64,000 nt of DNA from the human T2T-CHM13v2.0 reference genome, Homo sapiens (GCF_009914755.1 NC_060939.1); one strand, 5' to 3'. Counted from the stretch's first letter, positions 13,622 to 28,624 are shown. Notes: generated by a model not told the origin, from the letters alone. Numbers and translations are program-made.

Positions 13622-16269
13622 TATTGGAGAATCACCCCAGGCTGTCGTGTGTTGGATGGGGCAGTGGCCTGATCTATAAAATTTGCCATCATTTATTGAG
13701 GACTTGATGTCTTAGGCACCTACATCCTTGAAGCCTGGTGTCTCTTGAAATTCTCACACAAGCCTTGTAGAACAGATGTTATCACTGACATTTCACACAC
13801 AAAGAAGTTAGACCCTGGGTGGGTGACTTCTGAGACCTTTCCTGTAGTGGGAAGTGCTTCTTGGATCCTGGGGCAGGCTGAGAGCGTGGTGGTCGGCTGT
13901 GTTTTATAGGTGGGAAAAGACTTCTCTGTCTCTGCCACGTCTTGGACACGTTCTTCCACAGATCTCTGTCTTTACCCCAGAAAATCGCTGCTTCTCTAGC
14001 AGAGTCAGCTCTGCCTCGTTCCCAGCCTTGTCCTTGTCGTGGGTGTGCCTTATGGCCAGGAGCTCATTCTAAAGAATTCTGCTGTGCGTGGACAGGGGAA
14101 CATCCTTCTCTGCTCGATGTTCCCTTGGTGAATTTGATGGGAGAAGCTGGACCTCTTACCCAACCCTGCTGGTAAATGGGAAAAGGTGTTTTATCAATGA
14201 CCATTATTGTATTTCCTCATAGCCTGAAGTGTGTGTGTGTAAGTCAAGTACATTTGATTTTTTTAATGCCTCATATATTTTTGTAGTTATTTTGGAAGGA
14301 AATTTAGAAAGATAATCAACTTTTCTCTCCATTCCTGAGAGAAATGGAATTTTCTCTCAGGAATGGAGAGAAAATAGAAGTGCTCAAAGTAAATTCAGAA
14401 TGGTGGTCTGAATAAATCTTTTAGTATCCTGGTATTTGTGAGTTACCTCCTATGGTAGTGACCGGATGGATGGCAGGTGCCCTGGGCGATGGGACCCGTG
14501 CACAGTGTTGGTGTCCTTCCCACTCCTCCTCACTAGACAGAACTAGAGGAAGCCTTGACCATGGAACCAGGAGTCTTTCCACAGACCTGTTACCAAAGAA
14601 TTCTTCTCTGTTTTCCCCTGGAATAGCACATTGAGGATGGGGTGGCTGTGGATGGAGTTCCTCCTTGTCACCTCTGTGTCAGGCCAGGGTGGTGGCGTTA
14701 ACATGTGCTGTCTCTGTGCAAATATACTTCTTTTCCAAACATCTTGGCCAATGATGTTTATGCCCCCAAACAGGTATTGAATAAAAGGAAACATCTTTAG
14801 AGCTGGGCCTCAGTTACTTAAGGAGGAGACATTTGGCTTTAGTGAGGTCAAGTCTAAAGGGATAGAGGGGAGTCAATATTTAACTGGTTGCAGTGATGAC
14901 CAAGGGTGATGTCCCACATTTAAACTTGTTAGTGATAAGCAGTCCGAGGTTACCCTACCATTAACTTACAGTGATCTCACTGTGACTTGAAATTTTTTAT
15001 ATTGATTGATTGTAAGGACGGGATAGAATGCTGAGCAAATAGACTTGTAATCTGTATGTGACAGCTTTTACTCTATTATACAAAGATCAGTAATCTTCAC
15101 AGCTTTACAAATCCAGTGAAAACTGGATACAAATGATTTAGTGGCACAAATCTATTTGGAAAATTTAAATCTGAGGCAGACCCCAACCGTTCATCAAGAG
15201 AGGGAAACATCAGTGAAGTTTACAAAGCCTTTTTACCTGATCCTAAATATTTCCCAGATATGTTCTATATTCTTCAGTTTATTTATCTCTAAGGGATGAG
15301 GAGTGACTCAGTCTCTCCTGCAGGAGAACTTTTGGCTCTGGTCACCCAGGTGGTCCGGATGCTTGGTTCATTTGCCTTCCCTTTGGAGAGGTTGTTGCCG
15401 GCACAGAGGGTGAGCTGTGTGAACGTGGGAGTGAGCGCTTGCTGTCCCTGTTGGCCACTCTTGTCAGAAGTTTGGATTCAGAGGAGGTGGATTCAATACC
15501 CTAAACTAGGAAGGAAATAAAAATTGACCGTGGAGGATACAATGACTTGGGCGTTGTTCTGTTGTGTTTACATGTTTCCAAAAACACTGCAGTGCCGAGG
15601 GGTCTCTGGTAGATGACAAATGAGCAGAAAGAAAGTTGAGAGGAAGGAGGGGATATTGCTAGAGCGGGTAGAGCAGCTTTCCAAGAGGAGGTGGGATTTC
15701 CCGCTGAGTTGATGTGAGTTTTTGCTGCTTGTAGTTGAAAAGACTGAAAACAACAGTGGGTTATACAGGACAGAAGTTTAGTTTTCTGTCACCTAGAATG
15801 AAGTCTTGAAGAGGGCTGTTCAGGACTGATGGGAGAGCTCACAGAGGTTGTGCAGCGACTTGGGCTCTTTCCAGGATGAGTAAAATTTTGGTGCGGTGCA
15901 GTGAAACCTTACTTGGCATGAACTAAATTCAGCACATTAGGCAAAAATTCCTTATAGACAAAATTGTTCGTGAATACCCCTTAGGAAGGTGCCACATTAG
16001 AGGCCAGTATTCTGTCTCCCAGTGAGTCCAGCAAGTGGACTTTTCCTGCAGTGTTGGAGTAGCCTGCTGCTAAGCAGTTGGCCCCTGTGTTTAAGGACCA
16101 TGTTTTCAACAATGGACTCACTCTCAGCATCAAGACAGGATCCCAAGAGGCACTGACAAGCCCAGGGCACTATAAATTCCTATATTCCCTCCCACGGTCA
16201 TGTGGTCTCACATGCTCACTGAGAGGAGTGGGAATGGAACCGCCTGCCAGATTTGTTTATTCATAGTTT

Positions 16270-18115
16270 TAAAAAAGGAAACTTTCAAACATATTCAAAA
16301 GTGAAGAGAATTTTATGGACAACTGTGCACGTATTACCCAAGTCCAAAGATGATTAATTCTGAGCCAGTCTTTCTTCTGTCCCCTTCCCTCTTCCCACCC
16401 ATTATTTTGAAGCACCTCTTTATTATTTCCTGTCACTATTTCAGTATATGTGTCAAATAGATAGAACTTAAAAATTATCTACATTATGTTATTGTGCCAA
16501 AAATGTAAACGTTATTAATATTTTCTGAATATTATCTAATATCAAGCTAATGTTCAAATTTTCTCAATTGTCTTATTTTTTACGTTTCCTTAAATCAGGA
16601 TCCAAATGAGACTTATTCATTGCAGTTAGTTAATATGTCTCTAATATTTTCGTCTTTGGGCTTCTTCTCTATCTCTCCATACCTTCTCTGACCCTTGTGA
16701 TTTGTTGATGAAGCTGGGTTGTTTATTTTTTAGAGCAGAGATTCTCAAACAGGGATAATTTTCCTTTCCAGTCTTGGGATGTTTAGCAATATCTGGAGAC
16801 ATTTTTGGTTGTCACAACTGGGGGATGCTACTGAGATTGAGTGGGTAGAGGCCACAGATGCTGTTAAACATGATACAACCCATGGGATACCCCCACAACA
16901 AAAATATATCTGACCCAAAATGTCAATTGTGCCAAGGTTGAGAAACCCCACTGTAGTTTTTTGTTCTACAGTCTGGATTTTGGTGGTCGGTTTCCCATTG
17001 TGCTATTTAACATGTTCCTCTCTTCCTTGTATTTTCTATGATTTCTTAGTTGAATCTCAAGGTTTGGTCAGACTCAGATCTCTTGGGGTATGTTTTTTAT
17101 TTTGTTAGTTTGTTCTTTGGCAAGAATACACGTAGGCAGGCTACATATTTTCATTGAGAAACACATAGTAACTGTAGACTCTTTGTTACATTACTGGCAA
17201 TTGATGATCATTGCCTATATCTCTTAATTCATTAGTGATTGCAAAATAGTGGTATTCTAATTCTATCATTCCTACCTTGTTTATATACTAGAATACTTAT
17301 ATAAAGAGGAACTTCATAACTTTATACTCTCATCGTTTATTTGTTCACACTGAAATTTATCTTGGAAAGTCGGGATAAATATGTTCTTTTATTTTCAAGG
17401 CAGCAGCGTCCAAAAGAGATCACTGAGACTTTATTTCTTTTTTTAGCGTAATTTAATTGATGCGTTTCAATTTAATATACTTATTGATGCTCAGATTGTC
17501 CCATATTTGGCCAGTGGAATCTAAATTGGCTCCCGAGTCCTTTAGACATGACTCATGAATTTTTTGTATTTTTGTTTACTTTCTGGTGAGATCAAATGTT
17601 ACAGGATTGTCTTACCCATTTCTTGCCTCAGACTGAGATCTGCCAGTTCGTCAAGGAGCCCTGGTTTCCTTGAGTATTTAGAAGGCACAATATAGAAACA
17701 AGGCATGTTTCTTGCTACTGTATTTATCATTATTTCTGGATACTTACAGTGGACAGAACTAGGATGTGTGTGTAGATTATTAGTTCATACTGATACTTCC
17801 ATGTGAAATTCAGATGGGCAGGATTTTTACTTAGTTTCATCAATTATATACTCTGTTCTTTCATCTGTGCCAAAAATCCAGTTCTCAGTGATACCGTCAT
17901 ATTTTTTCATCTGCTTTATCTCATGCTGCATACACAACAGTATATTCGAAAGATATTTTGAATAGGACTTCTCTCTGTGATTGCGCCACCAATTGGATAC
18001 ATAGTTAAGTTCATTGGTTTTTATTTTATGTTTTTAGAGGTTCCTTTTTTCAATTTCAATTTTAAATAATTATGTACAGTATTGTCAGGGATCCAGAGTC
18101 TCATCTATGAAATCT
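16270..18115 (-). mobile_element. Old L1MC-type 3' region (L1MC4/5-like), interrupted by MER20
   Basis: aactttcaaacatattcaaaagtgaagagaa; gatgctcagattgtcccatatttggccagtgg; caaggagccctggtttcct. Confidence 0.65.
16736..16949 (+). mobile_element. MER20 (hAT-Charlie)
   Basis: ctggagacatttttggttgtcacaactgggggatgctact ... caaggttgagaaacc. Confidence 0.9.
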
Positions 18116-18123
18116 TACTCTGT

Positions 18124-18803
<680 letters not shown>

Positions 18804-19494
18804 GAGGCGTTTGGTTTTACCCCAGTTCTCTCTCCATCCTGTTTTCTCCTACCCCATAGGTAACAATGGAAAAAATTACGGTTTATCGTTGTAGTGGTTT
18901 TTTTTTAAAATGTGTGTAAGCAAATGTGTGCATACTTTTGTATTTGTATCTCCTTCCCTTCTTAGTTAAGCAAGGCATACTCTATGCACGTTTCTCTGCT
19001 CTGCTTTTTTCATTTAATTTCCCCTAATTCTTCTTCTGTAGTGGCATAGAGAGAGAGAGAGAGAGAGTCCTCACTCCTTTGTGTATCTGCCTCTTCCTCC
19101 ATTATGTGGATTTGTTCTCCCTTATTCAACCTGTGCTGAATTGATGGACATTTGGGTAGTTTCCATCTTTTACAATTACAAATAGCTTTGTGGAGAATAG
19201 CCTTGATACTCTTAAAATCATTATTCTTTTTTAACCTCATGGAAGTTAAATGTATATACGAGGTGACTCCTTTTGTAAAGACAAAGCAGGATGTCTACAG
19301 ACTACTGGGATTGAACAGAGCTTTGGAGCAAGAAAGGAAAAGGGAGTCACGTTTGGGAGAAATAGAGAAGGACATTTCGGTGGAATCTGTGTTATGTCTT
19401 CAAGTAGCAGTAAATAAGGTTTATAGGAAGGTCTGTTAGATATTTTGATGACCTGTATTGCTAGGCCAAAGGCTATGGATTTTGCAATGTAGGC

Positions 19495-19780
19495 CAGAAG
19501 TTAGCAATCTTTTCTGGCAAAGGACTCAACTACAAATATTTGAGGCTACTGCCTATGTTGCAGCTATTCAACTCTGCTGTTGGCACACAGAAAGCAGGCA
19601 TAGACAAGTCATAAATGGGTGTGGCTGTGTTCCAATGAAACTTGATTTATGGACACTGAAATCTGAATGTCATATAATTTCTATGTATCATGAAATATAA
19701 TTCATTTGGTTTTTTTCCTTAACCCTTTAAAATTATAAAAACCATTCTTAGCTTTTGAGCCATAGTTTGTCAACCTGTGC
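19495..19780. mobile_element. MER58B-like hAT-Charlie fossil
   Basis: ggtgtggctgtgttccaatgaaactt, tatggacactgaaat, aaaaccattcttagc. Confidence 0.8.
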
Positions 19781-19846
19781 TCTAGGCATTCGGGAGCCAT
19801 AGAAAATTCTTGCACATATGAGGGAGCTGCTCAAAAGGGTTGTCAA

Positions 19847-20163
19847 GGCGGGGCATGGTGGCTCTCAACTGTAATTCAGCACTGTGGGAAGCTGAGGTGG
19901 GAGGATTACTTGAGCCTAGGAGTTCGAGACCATCCTAGGCAACAAAGTGAAACCCCATTTCTTAAAAACAAAAACAAACAAAAAATACCACACACAAATT
20001 AGCTGGGGGTAGTGGGTAGTGACATGCACCTCCCGTCCCAGCCACTTGGGAGACTGAGGTAGAAGATTTGATGGTGCAGTGAGCCATGATTGAGTCACTG
20101 CACTCCAGCCTGGGTGACAAAGTGAGACCTTGTCTTAAAAAAAAAAAAAAAAAAAAAAGAAAA
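19847..20163 (+). mobile_element. AluJ
   Basis: ggaggattacttgagcctaggagttcgagacc; long A-tail. Confidence 0.9.
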
Positions 20164-20490
20164 GGGTGGGGGGCGATTGTCAACAGTATATTAAAGAGAG
20201 CTTCATAAGAGAGAGGGAGCCCAGGTTCAGGAGGGTGTTGGTGGTTGCAGTGTGTAGTTGGAAGGAGGCCGTGGGAGTGGAAAGTGGATTTCTTCTCTTC
20301 GTCTTCTTTTTTTTTTTTTTTTAATTATTTGAGATTATGGAACTATTAGGAAGCATGGAGCTCATATTATGCGATAAGGGATTTATATTAATCTCTCAAA
20401 GCTGTGTTCTCTGATTTTCCATAGATTATACACAGACGCAAGCCTACCATCCTGTAGCGTGTGGACCTAGGGCAAAATTTTCTCATTATT

Positions 20491-20524
20491 TGCCGCTGCC
20501 GCCGCCTCCTCCTCCTCCTCCTCC
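20491..20524. repeat. (GCC)n(TCC)n compound trinucleotide repeat
   Basis: tgccgctgccgccgcctcctcctcctcctcctcc seen directly. Confidence 0.8.
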
Positions 20525-21649
20525 TTTCCCCCATTAAGAAACCCAAGACTGAGCCCCATCATAGGTGAACTTTTTGTATCAGCTGTCTTGTATGTCTTGT
20601 TTCTTACTACATTTGCAGGCTAACTGTTGAAAAAACAGTATTTTGTTTGTGGGAAGAAAATCAAAGGTGATGTAAATGAAAAGTGCATTTTCATATAATG
20701 GAAATTATTAGAGGAACTTTTAAAATGTCACTGCAGATTAATGCAGACAAGGAGCTGAATATATTAGAAAGTAGGTCAAATTTTCTCATGTTTATGAATG
20801 AGGTGAATTACAGTGTAGGTTTAAGTTTATAAAATTGGGCAATACTATAGTTTATATGAAATATCCTAGCCTAAATGCTATTATACTAAAATATAATTAA
20901 AATAAATTGAGTTTGTTTCCTTATCCTTTGTGTCTGAGTATTTTATACGTAACATTTTACAAATTTAATAAACTAGTAAAAGCGATGAGCTTCTTGTTGT
21001 TATTCACATTTCCTGTATTGGACACAGAATCTACTCTAGGGAATTAAAGCTGGAGTCGATTTAATCCATGGGCAAGCGAATCAGGAATCCTTGGCAGTTT
21101 GGGAGGAACAGGCTCTGGGCTGAGCTTCCAGTCTACTCCCTATCCCCAGCACCATCTTTTCCTACCAGAACCAGGGAAGTTAGGCTGTGGCTGCTGCTAT
21201 GAGAGGCTGTTGAATTGAGAATCCGGTACTTGACCTGCCAGCTCAGAACACACGCCTCCTCCATGGGGAGATCTTGCTTCTTGTGGATAACCGTGTGCTC
21301 TGCTTTTCTTCCTTGTGACTCGGTTGAACACCAGAGTCACCTATAAGCCCATGTCATTGGTGTATCTAAGTCACGTTGGACACCGTAGCAGCAAAGAGAT
21401 CTGGGCAATCAATATATGATGTTTAGACCTGCAGCCTCCCCAAGCTGCAAGCGAACTACCCTTCCCATCTTCACGAAATGTCTCTTCAGATGTGCCTGGT
21501 ACCACAATCAGGGGCAGAAGGGCAGTCTGTCAGAATTTCCCTTCTTTAGATACATTTCATGTGATACATTTTGATAGACTTGTCTAGAGGTAGTAGTGTT
21601 ACACCAGTGTCACTAGTTAAGTAGTGTTAGTCGATAGTGCTAGTGATGA

Positions 21650-22024
<375 letters not shown>

Positions 22025-22334
22025 TGAAATTATTGTAAATAATACCAGGAAAGGAATGCCTGTGGTTTAACAGTAAAAAAGTTTAGCGATGATAGAATCC
22101 AGCTAGGCCTAATAGTATTTGATTTCCCCCATGGAGGATGATGAGTCAGAACATGGTCCTGGTCATCCATTACTGAAGCTTTTATTGTGCTAACCCAAGT
22201 ATAAGGTCAGCGATACAGCATTCCTTCACCCCAGTATTGCTGGCTGACTTCCTAACCACCAGACACTGCCTTTTTTCATCTGGATAAGTACAGTCATTCA
22301 CAAGTAACTGGGAACAATACTTCAAATAGAAGGC

Positions 22335-22530
22335 CATTGATTTTGAAATTGGGCAGACTTGGGTTGAAGCCCTGACTCCTACCACTTTAATAGCTGTGTA
22401 GATTGTAGTGTCAGTCTTTCTATAGCTGTGTCATCTGCCGTGTAGTGTGGAGTGAAGTGAATAGCACCCTCCTCGCAGTGTTTGTTGTAAGGTGATGCTC
22501 AGCGCAGGCTTGGCACAGAGCAAGTGCTCC
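22335..22530 (+). mobile_element. MIR fragment
   Basis: cagacttgggttgaagccctgactcctaccactt...gctgtgt degenerate MIR. Confidence 0.55.
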
Positions 22531-22560
22531 ACGGTGGGCCACTGTTGTTGTGTGGTCCCT

Positions 22561-22620
22561 ATCACCACCTCCGCCGCTGCCACCATCATCATCCTCCTCC
22601 TCACCATCACCACCACCGCT
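22561..22620. repeat. Low-complexity (CAC/CAT/CCT/CCG)n triplet tract
   Basis: Seen directly. Confidence 0.75.
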
Positions 22621-23744
22621 GCCTGTAGTCTTCCGCCCCTTCCTCATCTCCGGATGAGTTTTCCATATGGTTGGGCCACTCATGCCTCTTCACAGCAGTA
22701 ATTTTCTCGCCCGTGATCCTGGGTCCCTTGGATGTTACTTCCTTTTTGAGCTTGTGGGGCTTGCTCCTGCCCTTCAAGCACCCTTGGCTTCCTATTAGAC
22801 TTTCTCTTTCCTCTGGGGAAAAGATCTCTCTTCATGCTTAATAGGCATCAGAGCAGCCTTGGGTCACAGAAGTCATGGTAGCTTTCTATTTGTCATCCTG
22901 ACAACAAGGCCTCTCTGAGGCTTGAAAGGATGATGCTAGCCCACCCGCACCACCTCCCTTCTTAATTAGATTACTGATTCCATTTCCCTGATGGTTTTAA
23001 GCTAAAAGAGCTTTATTCTGTTGCCTTTGGATTGTTCTTTCTTGACTCCATCTCTCCTTTGATTTGCAGCAATACCTGAAGTAAAGTGGATGACAGTAGT
23101 TGGGAGCATATTGGCTGCTATTCTTTAGCAAAGCCTCCAGAATGGGTGTATCATAATGGAGTTTAGAGAAAATATAAGGAATAATAAACGAAACGTCCAA
23201 AAGGATCCCTCCTTTCAAACTGTCATGTACCAAGTGAGTTTCTGTAGAAGGGGCCCTTTTGGTTTTTAGCTGTGATTTTGTCTTCATTCCTTAGGGTTTA
23301 TTTGACCCCTGTGTGGAAAAGGCCCGATTTCCCCACTTCCCCGCTCTTTTTTGTGTGTGTGTGCACAAGTCCATGTATGTGTATGTATGCACATACACCT
23401 CTCTTTCTGAGTTCACCATCCACATGCCATGGGGAGTGCACCCACACATTAGTGGAACTGAGTCATGCTGTGGCATGCAGCAGCCAGCTGTGGTGTAACT
23501 GCTGCCTGCTTGACTGTGAACAAGTGTTTCCCTTCTTTGCTAATGTCTAACCTCAAGGACCTTGAATTTGAGCTGCCAATTATTTTATGCAGACTCTCTC
23601 TGACATTTTTGTTAGGCTTTTGCGAAGGACATGTGTTGTATCTTTAATACTTTGGCGTATCTGAAGATTTGAGTTTGTGAAATATTAAGTTGGTCTACTA
23701 CCCCCATCCCCCCACCCCACCCCTGCATCTAATTGACTCTAATT

Positions 23745-24600
23745 GACATTCATTTATTCAACAAACATTTATTGAGCATCTACAAAGTGCCAGGCAGTCT
23801 GCTGGATGTTGGCAGCATTGTTGGAAAAGGAAAATATGTTTATATCGTTGGTGCAGAGGGTTTAAGACAGAGAGTTAGGGTTGATAAATGGATTTTGGAA
23901 TATCTAATAAGGGGTGGGGGTGGTGTTAGACTTCTCCCTAAGAATAGTGGGCATCCATTATAGGATTTAAGTGTGGTGAGCTGTAGTCAGATTTGAATTT
24001 TCAGAAGTCCACTGGCTGGGATGTGGAGAGTACACTGAAGAGCGTAAGAAGAGATGTGAGGATCCTAGCTGGGAAGCTGTTGCAGGAATTTGAGCAGGAG
24101 ATGATGGGATGGCAGTGTCGTAGAGTAGGAGGAAAGCACAGGTTTGAGAGTGATTTAGGAGTTAACATTGGTGTCAAGGATGACTCTCCGTTTCTGGTGT
24201 TGGGAGGTGGGTGGATTGTGAAGTTACTGAGATCAGCGACACAGGAGGGAAGCAGGTTGGGAAGACACGGGGACAAGGGAGAGGTGATGAGTTTATTTTT
24301 GAATAAGAGGAATTTGCTATGCTTGTGAAAGACCTTAGGGAGGTCGGGGGTAGACTTGGATAAGGGGTGCAAGGGAGAGATCTGGCTTCTGTGCAGAACT
24401 GGTGAATGCAAGTCCTGAGGGTACATGGGATGGACCAGCAGGAGTGGGGGACTAGGAGAGAACTTGAGGAGATTATTTCTAAACGAAGGAGAGCCTGTGG
24501 GATTAGGGGTGGAGTGGTGCTGGGGCCGGACAGAAGTCAGAGGAGGGATAAGATGGGTAATAGGAGGTCTGTTTGGGTAGAGAATTCCCGTAGGCATTGA
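23745..24600 (-). mobile_element. L2 LINE 3' fragment(s)
   Basis: cattcatttattcaacaaacatttattgagcatctac...gtgccaggc (L2 3' end) followed by purine-rich L2 body (cagatttgaattttcagaag, gtcaaggatgactc). Confidence 0.8.
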
Positions 24601-24774
24601 GGCTGTGCAAGGGAGCATAGAGGCCGGGCACTAGCCTGGAGAGTTTGTGGGCTTGTGATGGTGGTGGTGGTGGGGTTACGTTAGGGATAGATGAAGAAAC
24701 AAAAATGAACGTTCCCCCTGGGCCTCCTCCCTTGTCACACTGACTGTTCTATGTTACACAGCCTTAAAAAAATA

Positions 24775-25825
24775 CTTTAAAAGGTTTTGAAACAATCACA
24801 GACTCACAGAGAAGCTGAAAATACAGCACAAAAGAAGGTTTCTGAACCATTTGATTGTAAGTTGGTGACCTAATGCACAATCACCCACCATTTCTTTTAT
24901 GTTAACAGGTATTTCCTACAAAAGGATATTCTTGAACACAGCCACAGTGCAATCATCAAAATTGCTATCATCTAATTCTCAGATGCCGTTCAGGTTTTAC
25001 CAAATGTCCCAGCCATGTCCTTTATAATGAAAGGGTCAAGTTCAGAGTCATGTGTTGCCTTAACTTGTCTTGTGCCGTTAGTCTCCTTCAGGCTGGAACA
25101 GTTCACAAGCCTTTCCTTGACCTTCATAACCTTGACCCTCTTGAAGGTGAAAGGCCAGTTATTTTGTAGAGTATCCCTCAGTTGAGGTTTGTGTCTTTCC
25201 ACATTCTTGAATTCAGCTGATGCGTCGTTGGCGGGAATATCACAGAAGGGATACCATGTTCTTTTTGCACCGCATCATGTGGTGCCCAATCTAGATGTGT
25301 CCTGTTACCGATGGTGCCCAGCTCCTCACTTGACGGAGGTTTGACTGAGGTGGTCTTGGCTAGCTTTTGCCTCTGGAAAGGTTATTCTCTTTGTGGAGGG
25401 TCCTTTGAAACTATGTAGCTATCCCATCCCTCGTGAAAATTTCATTTTATTTATTCATTTATTTATACCAGTGTGGACTCATGTTTCATATTTTATTCAT
25501 CAAGCTATAATGTTACTGTCATTATTTTGACATTCAAATTGTTCTGGATTTAGCCAGTAGGCACCCTTTCAAACTATGTGCTTTCAATCCATCTCCAACA
25601 TTCTTTGAACAATTCTTTACTTTCTGGTATAATAAGACCTACCAGACTCATCTTGTACTTACCCTGCTCCAGACTTAGGAGGGGGTGCCATGGGCTCTCC
25701 CACAGAGCCCTGATTTCTTTTATTGCAAAAAAGATGATCAGAAGTCAAGATCTGAGCACTAAGTATGCTCTTTGCTATTGGATGTCGCTCATCCTAGACT
25801 ACCTCAGTGGACAGAGTTAAGGAAT
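24775..25825 (-). mobile_element. L1MC4-like 3' fragment
   Basis: cagactcacagagaagctgaaaatacag; cttgaaggtgaaaggccagttattttgtagagtatccctc. Confidence 0.7.
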
Positions 25826-25827
25826 TC

Positions 25828-26455
25828 CATTGATTGTTGTTATTTACAGTAATTATTTTATTACAGTAGTTATATTCTATAAAGTATCTTCAAATACTGA
25901 ATTAGCACATAGCTCCTAGGAGAAATACAGGCTTGGGTTCCTGTAGGATTCTGGTCACAAAATTTTTGTCAGCCAGTCAGTACATAACCTTGTTTTATGT
26001 GTGTTTCTATTTAAAGATACCTTACTTAATATATATTGTTGATTCATTAACATTGAATTCATGGCCACCAGCCTGAACTAAGCTTATTTAACACATGCAT
26101 TTTCTCTGTAAGATACATCACAGCCTCCTTCTGCTTAGGAACGCTAGACAGCACCTCGGCACTATGTTTAGGGGCCATTTTAAACAGCACAATCAACAAA
26201 AGGCAGAAGATGGAAAAAGCTTGGCACTAAATAAACTGTGAAACGGAGACGTTTAGGAGACTGAAACAAGAAAGCAGAGAGTTGCTGGGTGACCTCAGCT
26301 GGGAACATGCAAGCCTGGCAGCTCAAATGTTTTGCTGTTCTGCACTCGTCCATGAGGGACTGCAAACGTGCCAGGAGTATTGATTTTGGGGTCACAAGTA
26401 AATTTTAACATGTGGATTTGCAAATACAGGCTCTACAAATAATGAGGATCACCTG
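25828..26455. mobile_element. MER82 (TcMar-Tigger) fossil
   Basis: gctcctaggagaaatacagg, acataaccttgttttatgtgtgtttc, ggggccattttaaacagc; end aataatgaggatcacctg. Confidence 0.85.
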
Positions 26456-27329
26456 TGTATCTCTGTATGTGCACACTGCTGCAGGGCACACGCACGGGTG
26501 TGTCTAACTTGAAACCCGTGATTCACACCAATACTTCAGATTCCAGCTTAACACAATGGGCTTCCTTCTAATTTTTCCCTTTTCTGGGCCACCATGGCAC
26601 CCCCTCCTGCATCCCTTCCTGGCACCTGCCTGATATTTTCCCACCTGATGGCTCTAAGCCTGAGTTTCTCAGTAAGGGAAGAGCCGTGGGCAAGAAGCAA
26701 GAGGGATGTGATTATGTCTTATGATGACATTTATGTTCTAGTGTGCTAACTTAAGATAGAGCGATATTAACATATTTATAAAGCCTCTTTATATCCTCAT
26801 AATTGAAAATAATGCAAGTGTCATCAAAATTAAGAAAAAAATGTTTAAGCTGGTGAGCCCCAATGATTGAAAAAAACTGGCTTTATGCTACTGGTTTATG
26901 GCAGTACCATGCCATTTGGGAAACAGAAGCACCTGCTGTTTTCTCTAGGCTCAGGTATGGATGCTGGGTGTTGTAAGAGTGTCAGGAGTATGTCCCTGGC
27001 TGGGAGATCCACTCTTGTTGAAGTAGCCTGTTTCCCTTGATAGACAGTAGTCCCCAGAGGGCAAGGGACTGTGTCTGATTTATTCAGTACTGTGTCCCCA
27101 GGGCTTGGCATATGAAGTAACTGGTGAACATTTGGGGACTTGACCACATCCCACCAAGTGGTTGCCCAGCCTCTCTCTGAAGTCCTCTCCTTTTCCTGTA
27201 GTACCTCTTTCTTTTCAGTTGCCCTAGAATCTCCTATCCTTCCTTCCTGCAGTAAGCCTTCCAGGCCCTCACTACCCAGAGGGATCATTCTCCCACAAGT
27301 TTCTCAAGCCTTCGGAGAGATTTTATAAC

Positions 27330-27550
27330 CTAGTAGCTAAGACCATCAGCTTTGGAGTTACCAGAGCCACATTGGGTTCCCAGCTCTACCACTGACTAGC
27401 CACATGGTCAGGAGCCTGTCCTAGAACCTTTCCCCCCAGTCAGTTTAATGATCTGTAAAATGGAGATAAGAATAATGGCTATCTCATGATTTTTGTGAGG
27501 ATTAAATGAAACACCATTTTGGAAGTACTTAGGAAGTGGCTGTACATAGT
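27330..27550 (+). mobile_element. MIR
   Basis: ctttggagtta..., cccagctctaccactgactagc, atctgtaaaatggagataa, gtgaggattaaatga. Confidence 0.8.
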
Positions 27551-28624
27551 GTTAGCAAAGATGTCAGTGGTGTATAATTACTATATGAGAGTGTATGTGT
27601 CATGATTTTATGTAAAGTACAATCCCTTTCCCCAACTTGATGACTTCAAATTGGGATACAGACCTTGTTTCCTACTTCTTGCTTGTATCTAAACCGCCCC
27701 CTGACCCAGCATCTACCTGCCCACCTCAGCTTAGTTCAGTGCTTTGCAGCCAGTATTAAATATATGTTGATTTGTCATTGAACAATCGTCCTTCACTCTA
27801 CGATCCTTCTACCTGTATATCATCTTGCTAATAGAGCAGTTTCCTTCCCTTTTGTCAGAGTGCTGGGGAGGTGCCGATTATTTTTTCCATCCTTTCTTCT
27901 TTTTTGATTACGAATCAATATTCTGTATACCATGGTCAGTGTCACAGTCTGCTGCCTCTAGGAAATGTTGTTTTCGTTGCTTTCTCCTTAATGCAGGTGC
28001 TATCCTTGGTCCCTATTGTACTCTTAGGCTTTCTGTAGACAAAGAGGTGGCTGCAAATTTGCCCTCTGTTTTTACCCTTTCAGAACTATGACAACAAGCT
28101 CCCAGAAGTTTTAAAACACAACACATTGCTGACCTGGTTATCTTGTAGCCCTGGGGGTCTTTATGGTAAGGGCTTTTAGTAACTGGATTGGATTTTGTGA
28201 AACCATAGCAGTCTGAGATACAGTGGATAATGAGCCTGCTTGTTCGTGAGATTTTTTTTCTTGTTGTCACCAGAAAAGCAATTTGTTAAAAATAAGCCAT
28301 GTTCTTTGAAATAATGTCCCCTCACTTCTTAGGGCTGACTTCTCCACTTAATAGGTGAGATCTGCTGGATTGCGTTAATCAACATCTATTCTGTCATTGC
28401 TCTGATGATTTTATGTTACGTAGAAATGTATGAAATGAACATTTGCTCTGATGCTTTAGTGCAAAAAGATCTTCCAGGCTTTATGAAATAATCTCTTTCT
28501 TAAAGATTTGTAATCCATTATCTTTGTGGTAGAACTGGAAAGGAATGCCAGAGATAGTTCACAGGATTATGTATTGTAAAACAAACAGCATTTAGGAATG
28601 TATAACTGGTAGCAGGGGATACAG

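Noticed and set aside
18826-18865. Pyrimidine tract followed by TAG|GTAACA (recursive-site-like)
   Set aside because: Weak donor and resembles a common old-L1 3'-end motif.
20595-20776. Possible 152-nt exon (20619-20770)
   Set aside because: Donor AAA|GTAGGT is weak and nothing else supports it.
24001-24618. Longest ORF in the track (205 aa, minus strand)
   Set aside because: Lies in a decayed L2 element; Pro/Ser/Leu-rich composition reflects the pyrimidine-rich strand; no recognisable domain.
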